Part shown: positions 9,318 to 17,608 of the stretch, in pieces
How the letters are laid out: the number at the start of each line of letters is the position of its first letter
Position numbering within the stretch: position 1 is the stretch's first letter
IMG/VR virus record: IMGVR_UViG_3300009111_000169
Coordinates: 1 to 24,160 of that record
Length of the DNA stretch: 24,160 bases
Origin: a virus
Taxonomy: Duplodnaviria > Caudoviricetes
Strand: one strand, 5' to 3'
Position numbers and translations under genes: made by a program
The notes under the pieces: generated by a model
The model's database searches: none
The model's input: the letters and a program-made list of their open reading frames with translations, nothing else
What the model was told of the DNA's origin: nothing

Positions 9318-9641
9318 CTACCACACCCACAGGTTGACCGTCACCGCGCCGGAGGCAGTCAGCGTCAACACCTTCGTCGCGTTCGCCGTGGACGAGTTCC
9401 ATACCGTGGCGTTCGCGTTGCTGTTCGTCACCAGCCAGTTCGTCCAGGCCCTCCCGAGCCCATGGGAGACGTTCACCGCCGTTGCCCCCAGCACGACGCC
9501 GTTGATCGCCACCCCGGAGAGGATGGGCACCGCCGCCACCTGGTCCAGGAGCGTCCCGGTGTTGTCCTGGGCGCGCAGCACCTCGTGCGCCCGAGGCGGG
9601 TCGGAGAAGCGGACCTTCAAGAGCGAAGCGGGGAGGGCCAT
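9318..9641 (-). CDS. Small tail/collar protein (107 aa, MALPASLLKV...)
   Basis: ATG at 9641 overlaps the adaptor stop (TGATG). Beta-rich C-terminal domain VNVSHGLGRAWTNWLV...LTLTASGAVTVNLWVW. Confidence 0.7.
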   Translation of the reverse strand: MALPASLLKVRFSDPPRAHEVLRAQDNTGTLLDQVAAVPILSGVAINGVVLGATAVNVSHGLGRAWTNWLVTNSNANATVWNSSTANATKVLTLTASGAVTVNLWVW

Positions 9642-10369
9642 CACCAGCCCGAATCCCCAGGCCAGAACGCGCCCCAATTCCCGTTGGCCCGGTACACGTC
9701 CACCGTGGTGCTCGGCGCCCCCACGTCCCGCGCCGCCTTGATGTCCTGGAGCCGCAGGCGCTGGCGCCGGAGCAGGGACAGCGCCGGGGTCTGGTCCGAC
9801 TCCTCCTTGCCGAGCGCCTTGGCCGCCGCCACCGCCTTGACGTACTCCTCCCACCCGTTCACCCCGTCGAAGGTGTCCCCGTCCGCCGTCAACGGCGTGA
9901 AGCGCGGGGCGTACCAGAGGCGAAGCGTCTGCCCGGAGGCCGGCGGGGCCGGGATGAAGGCGATGTTGTAGCCCTGGATGCGGTACTTCAGCGCCGTGCG
10001 CCCCCACATCGCCTGGAGGGACGGGAGGCTGTACTGGTTCCTGGACGCGAAGTTGTACCGCCAGATGGTAACCCAGCCGTTGGCGTTGTTGCTGAGCTGG
10101 AGGTCCACTCCCAGCAGCTTGTAGAAGCTGTCCGAGAGGGCGAAGGTGGAGTTGGTGCCGTCCGTCGTGATGGTCTGCGCGGTGGCAAAGAAGTAGTCCT
10201 CGCCGTATGCCTCGATCAGCTCGTCATAGAGCTCCTGGCACCCGGCGTTCACCCACTCCACCCAGGTCGCCTTGGGGATGAAGGTGCTGGTGCTCGGCGT
10301 GGGCTGGTCTGCCAGCACCGCCGCCGAGTTCACCATCTCCAACAGGGTGGTCTGCCCGACCGGGGCCAT
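9641..10369 (-). CDS. Head-tail adaptor / tail tubular protein A-like (242 aa)
   Basis: Typical adaptor layout: helical N-terminus (WVEWVNAGCQELYDELIEAYGEDYF), central beta insert (ALSDSFYKLLGVD...FIPAP..LRLWYAP), helical C-terminus (GWEEYVKAVAAAKALGKEESD). Confidence 0.75.
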   Translation of the reverse strand: MAPVGQTTLLEMVNSAAVLADQPTPSTSTFIPKATWVEWVNAGCQELYDELIEAYGEDYFFATAQTITTDGTNSTFALSDSFYKLLGVDLQLSNNANGWVTIWRYNFASRNQYSLPSLQAMWGRTALKYRIQGYNIAFIPAPPASGQTLRLWYAPRFTPLTADGDTFDGVNGWEEYVKAVAAAKALGKEESDQTPALSLLRRQRLRLQDIKAARDVGAPSTTVDVYRANGNWGAFWPGDSGW

Positions 10370-10378
10370 GGGCCCTCT

Positions 10379-10582
10379 CTAGCTGAGCGCCTCGCCGCAG
10401 ATGCCGCACTTCGCAGCGGGCTTCGCCGGCCGCTTGGCGTCCACGATGGACTCCGCGCCGCACTTGTGGCACGTCAGCGCGACGTGCCCAGACTTCGCGC
10501 GCTGGAGCGCCAGGGCCGCCCGGTTCTTCTCCTGGCTGGCCTTGTCCAGCACCTTCAGCTTGTCGATGGTCGCCTGGTCCAT
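10379..10582 (-). CDS. Small zinc-ribbon protein (67 aa, MDQATIDKLK...)
   Basis: ATG 2 nt after the upstream stop. CHKC...CGIC motif pair. Confidence 0.7.
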   Translation of the reverse strand: MDQATIDKLKVLDKASQEKNRAALALQRAKSGHVALTCHKCGAESIVDAKRPAKPAAKCGICGEALS

Positions 10583-10584
10583 GG

Positions 10585-11226
10585 TTAGCTCGCGTCCTCC
10601 ACCCATTCGATGGTGATCAGCGCCACCCCGCCCGCCGGCACCGCATCCCCGCCGCCGTCCGCTCCGCCGTCCAGGGTGAGCCAGTCGGAGGTGCCGCGGA
10701 GGACGAACGCCTGCGCGGTGCGCGCGGTCGGCTCCCAGGGGATGGTGTTGTTGATCTGCGCGGCCAGGTTGAAGCCCACCACACCGCAGTCGAGGATCGC
10801 CCCGAGCGTCCCCACGGTGGTGTAGTTCGCCGTGCCCACGGTGGAGGCAGTGAGGGTAGGCGAGGCCACCGTCCCGGAGTCCATCTTCCCCTGGGTGGGG
10901 ATGGCGGTCAGCACCGCCGATCCGAGGGTACCGGCAGTGGTGCGCCGGGACAGCTTCCACTTCATCACGCCCGCGGTGGTGCTCCAGCCCTGCACGTTGA
11001 TCTTCGTGAGCCGGATCGTCTTCGTGGCGCTGCCCTGGAGAACCACCACCTCAGTGGGCGTGGCGACGCCGAGGGTGTAGAGGATGGAGGCCCGGTAGGC
11101 CGCGACGCCCGGGCGGTCCAGCGACATGGCGGGCAGAACGTCCCCCGCGGGGTTGGTGTGGACGGCCTGCAGAAGGCTGGCGTTGTTGCCGTCCTTCAGC
11201 GTGGCGTCGGTTGTCGTGACTGCCAT
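10585..11226 (-). CDS. Putative virion structural protein (213 aa)
   Basis: SD GAGGAG upstream. Thr/Gly/Val-rich jelly-roll-like pattern. Located between the capsid and adaptor genes. Confidence 0.75.
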   Translation of the reverse strand: MAVTTTDATLKDGNNASLLQAVHTNPAGDVLPAMSLDRPGVAAYRASILYTLGVATPTEVVVLQGSATKTIRLTKINVQGWSTTAGVMKWKLSRRTTAGTLGSAVLTAIPTQGKMDSGTVASPTLTASTVGTANYTTVGTLGAILDCGVVGFNLAAQINNTIPWEPTARTAQAFVLRGTSDWLTLDGGADGGGDAVPAGGVALITIEWVEDAS

Positions 11227-11242
11227 GCGGTTGCTCCTCGGG

Positions 11243-11737
11243 CTAGACCCAGCCCAGCAGGTGAAGGCCGGAATTGGCCGGGTTGACGAACGACAGGGAC
11301 GAGACGGTGGCGCTCGGGTTCGGCGGCGCGCCGGGCAGCAGCCCGAAGATGGGGTCTGCCACGTTCACCGCCAGCGGCACGGAGTTGATGCTCGAGCCGT
11401 CCGAGTAGAGCACCTGGGCGGTGAGGAGGAAGTCCTCGGGCGCCGCGGAGGGAATCCCGGACACCGCCTGACCGAAGAACGCCGCATCGAAGGCGCAGTA
11501 CAGCGTGCCGGAGGCCGCGACCGAGGTGGTGGAGTTGGGCGGGAAGCGCGGCTGCGTCACGCTCGCCGAGGCGGCCGGGCGCCCATCGGTGGTGGTGGCC
11601 CAGATGGAGATGGAGGTCACCGTGTACGCCGTGCCACCGGAGGTGTTGGTGATCGCCAGCGTGAAGGCGGTCGGCCGGTTGAGGATGGCCCCCAGGGGCT
11701 GGGTAATGGCGCAGTAGGTGTCCGCAGAACCGGCCAT
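11243..11737 (-). CDS. Ig-like virion protein, paralog B (164 aa)
   Basis: Beta-strand pattern. Shares SVAASG and (Y/T)SDG motifs with the adjacent 11739-12137 protein. Confidence 0.75.
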   Translation of the reverse strand: MAGSADTYCAITQPLGAILNRPTAFTLAITNTSGGTAYTVTSISIWATTTDGRPAASASVTQPRFPPNSTTSVAASGTLYCAFDAAFFGQAVSGIPSAAPEDFLLTAQVLYSDGSSINSVPLAVNVADPIFGLLPGAPPNPSATVSSLSFVNPANSGLHLLGWV

Positions 11738-11738
11738 G

Positions 11739-12137
11739 TCAGAGCCCCGCTGGGTTGGTGACGGTGAGGGTGGCGGGCGTGGCCACGGTGATCGCCCCGT
11801 CCGACGTGTAGACGGTGGCGCCGATGGAGTAGACCAGGGACGCCGCTTCCGCTGGATCCGCGCTCGGGTTGGTGGTGGGCTCGTGCGGCACCACCTGCGC
11901 GGTGAAGGCGGTCGAGCCGCTCGCCGCGACGCTGACCGTCATCCCGGGCCCAAGGGGGAAGGCGCCCTTCGCGACGGAGGTCACCTCGGCCGTCGTTCCG
12001 TTGATCGGCGCCGTCATGACGATGTTGGAGACGTTGACGGCTGCGGCCCCGGAGTTGGAGACGGTACACGTCACCGCCACCGCTCGCTCGGCCTTGCACG
12101 TCGCGCTGCTGAGGGTGATCGCCGCCGTGATGGCCAT
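11739..12137 (-). CDS. Ig-like virion protein, paralog A (132 aa, MAITAAITLS...)
   Basis: ATG at 12137 overlaps the upstream stop (TGATG). CARDB/Ig-like pattern VTCTVSNSGAAAVNV. Confidence 0.75.
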   Translation of the reverse strand: MAITAAITLSSATCKAERAVAVTCTVSNSGAAAVNVSNIVMTAPINGTTAEVTSVAKGAFPLGPGMTVSVAASGSTAFTAQVVPHEPTTNPSADPAEAASLVYSIGATVYTSDGAITVATPATLTVTNPAGL

Positions 12138-12646
12138 CAGGTTGCCGTGGAAGTGCCGAGGAGGATCTGGAAGTACAGCGTGTCCCCGTCCGCCGGATCC
12201 GTTCCGGAGGTGCCCGCCGAGTCCGGGAGGAAGATTTCGATGGTCCCACCGTCGCCGATCGCGGTGTTCGTCTGGACGTTCGTTCCCCCGGAGATGATCC
12301 CGATGGGCGCCAGCGGCGAGGTGATGTGGCCGGTGGTGTTGCTCACCCCAAGCAGGTTGATCCCCACCAGGAACAGGTAGGAGTCCGAGAGGGTGAAGGT
12401 CCAGTCCCCAGCCGCGTTCCGCACCACCTTGCGCACGCCATCCCGATTGCTGTAGGCGTAGCCGGTCCCGGAGGTGGGCGAGGAGGCCAGGGAGAAGGCT
12501 GGCGCGGCAGATCCGCTCCCCGCGGCGGTGAGCGAGCGCGTCTTGAGCGTCACCGCCCCAGCGGCCCCCACCGTCACCACCGGGTACAGCGCGACGATGT
12601 TCCGGAGGAACCCCCACCGGTACTGCTGGTACAGGCGATTCGGCAT
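12137..12646 (-). CDS. Putative capsid decoration/cement protein (169 aa)
   Basis: Immediately downstream of the capsid gene, SD AGAGGA, beta-rich. Confidence 0.65.
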   Translation of the reverse strand: MPNRLYQQYRWGFLRNIVALYPVVTVGAAGAVTLKTRSLTAAGSGSAAPAFSLASSPTSGTGYAYSNRDGVRKVVRNAAGDWTFTLSDSYLFLVGINLLGVSNTTGHITSPLAPIGIISGGTNVQTNTAIGDGGTIEIFLPDSAGTSGTDPADGDTLYFQILLGTSTAT

Positions 12647-12656
12647 GGTGTCCTCT

Positions 12657-13883
12657 CTACTGGCTCAGCACCGTGGCGCCGTTCCATCCGGGCGCGTTGC
12701 AGATGAGGTTGTAGTACATGCCGATGCGGGCCTCGGCCGCGTCGGCGTTGTACACGCGCAGCATCTCCAGCCGGTCCTCGTAGCGGAGGATCTTCGGCAC
12801 CGGCCCGATGCTGATGAGTTTCCAGGTGTCCAGCTCCAGCATGTAGCCCTTGGCCACCTGGCAGGAGCGATCCGCCAGCACCTTGATCGGCCCCTGCGCG
12901 CCGTCCACCTCCAGCGCCCGGAAGCCGATGCCGGCCGGCCCCTTGATGTCCACGTACTGCCGGCGGGTGCCCAGCGCCTTCACCAGCGCGGCGTTGCTCC
13001 CGAAGTTGGTGAGGAAGTAGGTGGGCGAGGCACCCTCCCGGTTGAGCAGCATCGAGTGGTCAATCAGCGCCTCCTCGATGGACTGGCCGGAGCCGTCGTA
13101 CTGGATGCCGAACAGGCGGTAGTCCGCCGAGCGGTTGACGCCGTAGAAGTTGTCCGTCGAGGCCGGGTCGGTGGTGGGAAGCCAGGCGCTGAGGCCGGAG
13201 GGCTTCGCGTTGTTGTCCCCTTGCACCAGCAGGGAATCACCGGAGGTCCATCCGGACGGCGTTCCGGCCGCGCCACCCAGGCCAGTGGCCGAGACGGTGA
13301 CGGTGCCGTTCTTCACCGAGCGCGCAATGACGTAGCCAAGCGCCGCGCGCGGAGTACCGCCAGAGGTGGCGTTCGCTTGGAGCGTCTGGTTGACGCCGAA
13401 CTGCGACACATCCGCCGGGTTGGTCAGGGTGATGACGCCCGAGGAGACCGAGCCGGAGACGGTGCCGATGGTGCCGGTGCCGTCGCGGAACAGCGAGGAG
13501 GCCGCGGAGAGCGTGGCCTGACGGATGGCGCCGTCGATCTGCCCCGTCACCAGCCGGAGGAAGCTGTCCACGTCCGACATGGAGGCCTCCAGGGCCTCGT
13601 TCTGGATGGTGGCGAGCGAGTAGTCCAGCTTGCGGGTGACGAGGAACTCCGCGAAGGCGTTCGCCGTCTGGTTCGCCTGAGCGGTAGAGAATGTCGAGCT
13701 CCGGCCCTGCGAGTTCTCGTACCACACGGGCACCGGGTAGTACTTGCCGCCAGCGCCGGACTCGTCCTTGGGGATGATCGCCAAGGCCGGGTTCTTGGCG
13801 TAGGTCATGTTCTGGACCTTCTGGCCGCTGTAGTGCTCCTTGAGCACCGGGTTCGCGGCTGCCACGTCCATGTAGATCGACAA
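12657..13883 (-). CDS. Major capsid protein (HK97 fold, P22-like coat) (408 aa)
   Basis: Follows the scaffold. Motifs LKEHYS..VQNMTYAKNPALA, GPIKVLADRSC..GYMLELDTWKL, EARIGMYYNLICNAPGWN. TTG start with SD GAGGAG; an alternative ATG lies 4 codons in. Confidence 0.85.
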   Translation of the reverse strand: MSIYMDVAAANPVLKEHYSGQKVQNMTYAKNPALAIIPKDESGAGGKYYPVPVWYENSQGRSSTFSTAQANQTANAFAEFLVTRKLDYSLATIQNEALEASMSDVDSFLRLVTGQIDGAIRQATLSAASSLFRDGTGTIGTVSGSVSSGVITLTNPADVSQFGVNQTLQANATSGGTPRAALGYVIARSVKNGTVTVSATGLGGAAGTPSGWTSGDSLLVQGDNNAKPSGLSAWLPTTDPASTDNFYGVNRSADYRLFGIQYDGSGQSIEEALIDHSMLLNREGASPTYFLTNFGSNAALVKALGTRRQYVDIKGPAGIGFRALEVDGAQGPIKVLADRSCQVAKGYMLELDTWKLISIGPVPKILRYEDRLEMLRVYNADAAEARIGMYYNLICNAPGWNGATVLSQ

Positions 13884-13925
13884 CGTCCGTCTCCTCGCCG
13901 CCGGAGCGGCTTACCGCGTGTTCCG

Positions 13926-14783
13926 TCAGGCCCGCGCCTGGCGCCGCTTCGCCATCTCCGCCTCGAACGCCGCGCGCGTCCGCTGGTACCGCTGCTCATC
14001 CGTGAGCTGATCCGGGGGCGTGGTGCCGTCGCCCTTCTCCGGGATGATGGTTAGCCGCGCCTCGGGGCGTTCGGGGGCGCGCCCCGTCTCGGCCTTCATC
14101 ACCATGTCCCGGATGCCGCTCCAGTACTTCTCCATCTCGGCGGCGCCCTGCTCCTGCGTCCACATTTCCCCCGGCTCCCAGCTGCCGTCGGGGTTGCGCT
14201 TGGAGGTAGCCTTGAAGTGGCCCTCGATGAGGGCACCGACATCCGCGGACTTCTCGTACTTGTTGGTGAGGGGGAACTTCTCGGCGTTCGCCTTGGCAAA
14301 GTCCCCCGCGGCCCGGTACAGGTCCTCCCGGGCGCGGTCCTCCTCCGCCTGCCGCAGCCGGCCGATCTCCGCCTCGAAGCGCTCGCCCTGCTCCTTCAGC
14401 TTCGCCTCGAAGCGCTGTTCCGCTTCCGAGAGCTGCGCCCCCACCGCGCCAGGGGTGACGGTGCCCGTCTTCAGCTTGGTGGCGGTGTCGTACCAGTCCG
14501 CCCCGAAGAGAGCCTCCAGGTACTTCGACGGGTTCCGGGTGCGCTCCTGCTCCAGCGCCTTCCGGGCCTTCTCCGCCTTCTCCAGCTCTGACAGCTTCCC
14601 GGTGTGCTGGGCGCGCTCGGCCTCCAGCGCCGCGACGCGCTTCTGCGCCTGCTCCGCCAAGGAGCGGTAGTCCGGCTCCGCCGGCTTGGGTGCCGCCGCG
14701 GGAGCGACGGCTGGCGGCGCACCGGGCGCCGAAGGGGTTGCTGTCGGTGCGCCAGTCGCCTCGCCTGCACCATTTTGGAGCAT
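13926..14783 (-). CDS. Capsid scaffolding protein (285 aa)
   Basis: Pro/Ala-rich N-terminus, charged coiled coil, and a short C-terminal helix (LTDEQRYQRTRAAFEAEM). Located between portal and capsid. Confidence 0.8.
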   Translation of the reverse strand: MLQNGAGEATGAPTATPSAPGAPPAVAPAAAPKPAEPDYRSLAEQAQKRVAALEAERAQHTGKLSELEKAEKARKALEQERTRNPSKYLEALFGADWYDTATKLKTGTVTPGAVGAQLSEAEQRFEAKLKEQGERFEAEIGRLRQAEEDRAREDLYRAAGDFAKANAEKFPLTNKYEKSADVGALIEGHFKATSKRNPDGSWEPGEMWTQEQGAAEMEKYWSGIRDMVMKAETGRAPERPEARLTIIPEKGDGTTPPDQLTDEQRYQRTRAAFEAEMAKRRQARA

Positions 14784-14813
14784 GGCACTACACTACATGC
14801 CCCATTTTGGTGC
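14767..14813. promoter_or_regulatory. Two 15-bp imperfect palindromic operator-like sites (GCnCCATTTTGGnGC)
   Basis: gcaccattttggagc at 14767-14781 and gccccattttggtgc at 14799-14813, 32 bp apart. One lies in the promoter spacer, the other over the first scaffold codons. Confidence 0.75.
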
Positions 14814-14819
14814 TGTCAA
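14790..14819 (-). promoter_or_regulatory. Sigma70-type promoter for scaffold/capsid genes (probably leaderless)
   Basis: Minus strand reads TTGACA-18 nt-TAGTGT-6 nt-ATG(14783). No SD upstream of this ATG. Confidence 0.7.
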
Positions 14820-14835
14820 GTGGTCTGGAACTCCC

Positions 14836-14866
14836 TTGCGCCTTACGCGCCAGAGGCGTACAGGAT
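14836..14866 (+). promoter_or_regulatory. Putative promoter for the antisense HTH gene, with a TACGC-N7-GCGTA inverted repeat in the spacer
   Basis: TTGCGC (14836-14841)-17 nt-TACAGGAT, ATG at 14873. Inverted repeat at 14844-14860. Confidence 0.45.
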
Positions 14867-14872
14867 GGTTTC

Positions 14873-15151
14873 ATGACGATCCCATTGCCGACCACACTTC
14901 CAGCCCATCTTCTCCGCGTCGTCGCTGTGGATGCCGAGGTGGACCCCCGCACCGTCCGGCGCCTTCTCCGGGGTGAGCGCGTGCTTCCCCTGTTGGAAGC
15001 GCGCATCCGCAAGGCGCTCGCGGGCCGGGACTTGCTTCCTACGTCAACTCTTCCGGCCTCGCTGGCGGAACGCACGGAACTGGTCCAGGGGCTGGTGGAC
15101 TGCGGTCGGCTCACGCCACCGCAAGCGAAGAAGCTTCTGGAGCTGCCCTAG
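14873..15151 (+). CDS. HTH DNA-binding protein fused to a portal-derived C-terminal segment (92 aa)
   Basis: MTIPLPTTLPAHLLRVVAVDAEVDPRTVRRLLRGERV..EARIRKAL is a Cro/LacI-like HTH pattern. Residues 55-92 align ungapped with portal residues 496-533. Its stop overlaps the portal stop (CTAG 15148-15151). Confidence 0.8.
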   Translation: MTIPLPTTLPAHLLRVVAVDAEVDPRTVRRLLRGERVLPLLEARIRKALAGRDLLPTSTLPASLAERTELVQGLVDCGRLTPPQAKKLLELP

Positions 15152-17106
15152 GCCGCGCGCTGGCCGAACGGCAACAGGTTGCTCGCGGGCGGAGCCATCG
15201 GCATCGCCTGGGGCGGACCCCCGGTGCCTCCGGGCGGCATCCCTGGGGCTCCGGGAGCGGGTGGCGGCATGGCCATCTGCATCAGCGCGTCCACCTGCTC
15301 GCTCCAGGCGTAGAGGTCGTCCAGGCGTTCCGGCTCCAGGTTGTGGAGCCGCGCGTAGTTGATGTACTCCACCACCAGCTCCTTGCAGAGCTGGAGGTTG
15401 TCGTTCGGCTCTGGCGGCCGGTACTCCTCGCCGTCCATGATGGCGTCCAGGGTGGAGGTGATCAGATCCTCCTCCGCCAAGTCGAGCACCTCGTGCGCCT
15501 GGAGATCCGGGAAGTCCATCAGCTTCTTGCCCTGGCGCATCGTCAAGAAGCCGGCCTGGATCCACTCCTGGATGGTCGCCCACCGCCCCGCGGGCTCCTT
15601 GGGCAGGCTGGACGTGGGGAAGCACTGCTGGCGCCAGTCCTTCGGGTTCAAGTCCTCCGCCGTCATCTTGATCGCCCGGAGGGTGTTGCTCCGCTGCGTC
15701 CGCACCTCGTAGGGCCTGCCCGTCCGCAAGGCGATCTGCCGCGCCGTGGCGATGCCGATCCGCGCCAGGTCCATGAACCCGCACTCGTTCAGTTGCTCCT
15801 GCGTCTTCATCCGGAGGGAGGTGGTGTCCCGATATTGTCGGATGGCCTCCCCGGAGTTCAACCCAGCGGGCTTTTCGGCCTGGGATACCATCCTGGAAAC
15901 ACCACCACGGTTGTACATCGACTCCTCGAGGTTGTCGAGGCGGGTGAAGAAGTCTGGATGCACGGCTGGAGGCACAACGTATTCAGGCTTGGTGCCCGTG
16001 TAGTCGATGATGGCGCCCACTTCGTTGCTGACGTGCTCCTTCACAATCTTGGAGCCCCGTTCCATCAACACCTTGTACGTCCCGGCGCGATGCATGGCCC
16101 GCTGGATGGCGCCGTTCAAGCGGTTGTACTCGATCTGCTGGCTCTGGAGTTGTTCTGCCAGGCCCTGACCCCAGAAGGATGCCGGCCGCGTCGTCCAAAT
16201 CCACCGAGCAAATGGGTACCAGTCCTCATCCCAGGCCCACTCATCCGGCTCGTTGAGCACCACATTTTCGATGCTGGCGATGTAGACGCCATCCTTGATG
16301 CGCTTTCCCTTATGGTCTACCAACTCGGGTCCACTCCGGAGGTGCCACGACTTCCGGAGCATCACCATGTCAGAAGTTGAGCTGGACATGCCCCAATCCT
16401 TGGGATCCGCTCGCTGCGCTTTCCAGATGAGATCGGCCTTTTTCGGATAGAGGGCGATCAGCCGATCTCGGTCTATGGGCCGCTCCCAATTCAACTGGCG
16501 TGGCATCGCGAGCGCCGCTTCCATCTCGTCCAACCACAATTCCGTTGACAGCGCGCGCTGAAAGACGATGCGCCCGAACTCGATTCCGACGTAGAGCCAG
16601 CCGTCCCCAAAAATCTCACAGTCCCGCTGGCAGTCCCGGCCCAGCTCGTAAGCTTTCTGCTCGTAGAAGATGCCGTCCGAGAACTGGTTCAGCTTCTTGC
16701 TCTGCCGCTGGAGTTTGTAGTCACCACCATCAGTCAGGAAGTACGGGCGGGGCTTGTTCTCGCCGATGGTAGCAGTTGACGTGTCCACGATGCTCTGTAC
16801 GACGTTGTCCTTGAGGTTGTCCCTCGATGCCACCACCGGGGTGAGAGGCGTTGTCGCGATGCCTGCCAGTCCTCCGAGCGGGGCGTTCCCGTACAGCCGC
16901 GCTCCGATGACGGCCTGCTGGATGCGCACGCCCTGGCTGTGCTTGAGCGCGTCGATGGTGGACGAGATCGCGTTCGCCACCTCCATGCCGTTGTCCTTTG
17001 TGGCGTCCAGGAGCCACCAGCGCCGGGCGTAGGGCGTCGTGTCAGTGGGGGGCCGGGCGTCTTTGCCGACGCTGAGGCCATGGCCGATGGAGATCGAGTC
17101 GCTCAT
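15148..17106 (-). CDS. Portal protein (P22-like) (652 aa)
   Basis: Motifs NVVQSIVDT..IGENKPRPYFLTDGGD, YPFARWIW...FWGQGLAEQL..QQIEYNRL, KPAGLNSGEAIRQYRD, and a Pro/Met/Gly-rich tail. Located between terminase and scaffold. Confidence 0.88.
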   Translation of the reverse strand: MSDSISIGHGLSVGKDARPPTDTTPYARRWWLLDATKDNGMEVANAISSTIDALKHSQGVRIQQAVIGARLYGNAPLGGLAGIATTPLTPVVASRDNLKDNVVQSIVDTSTATIGENKPRPYFLTDGGDYKLQRQSKKLNQFSDGIFYEQKAYELGRDCQRDCEIFGDGWLYVGIEFGRIVFQRALSTELWLDEMEAALAMPRQLNWERPIDRDRLIALYPKKADLIWKAQRADPKDWGMSSSTSDMVMLRKSWHLRSGPELVDHKGKRIKDGVYIASIENVVLNEPDEWAWDEDWYPFARWIWTTRPASFWGQGLAEQLQSQQIEYNRLNGAIQRAMHRAGTYKVLMERGSKIVKEHVSNEVGAIIDYTGTKPEYVVPPAVHPDFFTRLDNLEESMYNRGGVSRMVSQAEKPAGLNSGEAIRQYRDTTSLRMKTQEQLNECGFMDLARIGIATARQIALRTGRPYEVRTQRSNTLRAIKMTAEDLNPKDWRQQCFPTSSLPKEPAGRWATIQEWIQAGFLTMRQGKKLMDFPDLQAHEVLDLAEEDLITSTLDAIMDGEEYRPPEPNDNLQLCKELVVEYINYARLHNLEPERLDDLYAWSEQVDALMQMAMPPPAPGAPGMPPGGTGGPPQAMPMAPPASNLLPFGQRAA

Positions 17107-17288
17107 GTGAAGAACTCCCCTCGTCCCCAGCGCATGATCATTGCGTGCGCCCGCGCCTGCGCCCGTTTCACCGCCTCCGCCGAGGGCTCTCCGCCGAGGT
17201 TCGGCGAGAGGTCACGGTAGAGCATCCGCAACTCGTGGAGCATCGGCTCCGGGATGGAGCCTTCCTCTTGTGGCCGGGCGTCGCTCAT
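17103..17288 (-). CDS. Hypothetical protein (61 aa, MSDARPQEEG...)
   Basis: ATGA overlaps at both ends. SD GAGGGG. Confidence 0.65.
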   Translation of the reverse strand: MSDARPQEEGSIPEPMLHELRMLYRDLSPNLGGEPSAEAVKRAQARAHAMIMRWGRGEFFT

Positions 17289-17608
17289 GGCCCCCTCACC
17301 GCTTCCTTCACCGTCTCCGGATGGCACAACGAGGTAGGGCACCCGCGGTAGCAGAGCCCTCCGTTGTTGTGCTCGGCATCCGCCTCGTGCCCGCAGTCGC
17401 ACTTCTCCGGCGCCCCCAGGTCGTCTGGCGTGGAGGGCGTGATGTCGGCGAGAGGGTTGATGACGGCCGGGAAGGCGCTCGGGTCCATCTCGATCTCGAA
17501 CTCCTCGTCTTCCTCCTCCGCCACGGCCGGCGGAACGAAGCCGCGGGCGCGGCGGATGCGCCGGGCGATCATGACGGCCGCGAAGGCGTCCAGGTCAGCG
17601 GGTGTCAT
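17285..17608 (-). CDS. Hypothetical Cys/His (zinc-binding) protein (107 aa)
   Basis: SD GGAGG. Acidic linker followed by CDCGH..H..CYRGC..C. Confidence 0.7.
   Translation of the reverse strand: MTPADLDAFAAVMIARRIRRARGFVPPAVAEEEDEEFEIEMDPSAFPAVINPLADITPSTPDDLGAPEKCDCGHEADAEHNNGGLCYRGCPTSLCHPETVKEAVRGP

Noticed and set aside
13881-13883. TTG start of the major capsid gene as a regulatory feature
   Set aside because: A good SD supports it, but an in-frame ATG lies four codons downstream. This cannot be resolved and is not unusual enough.
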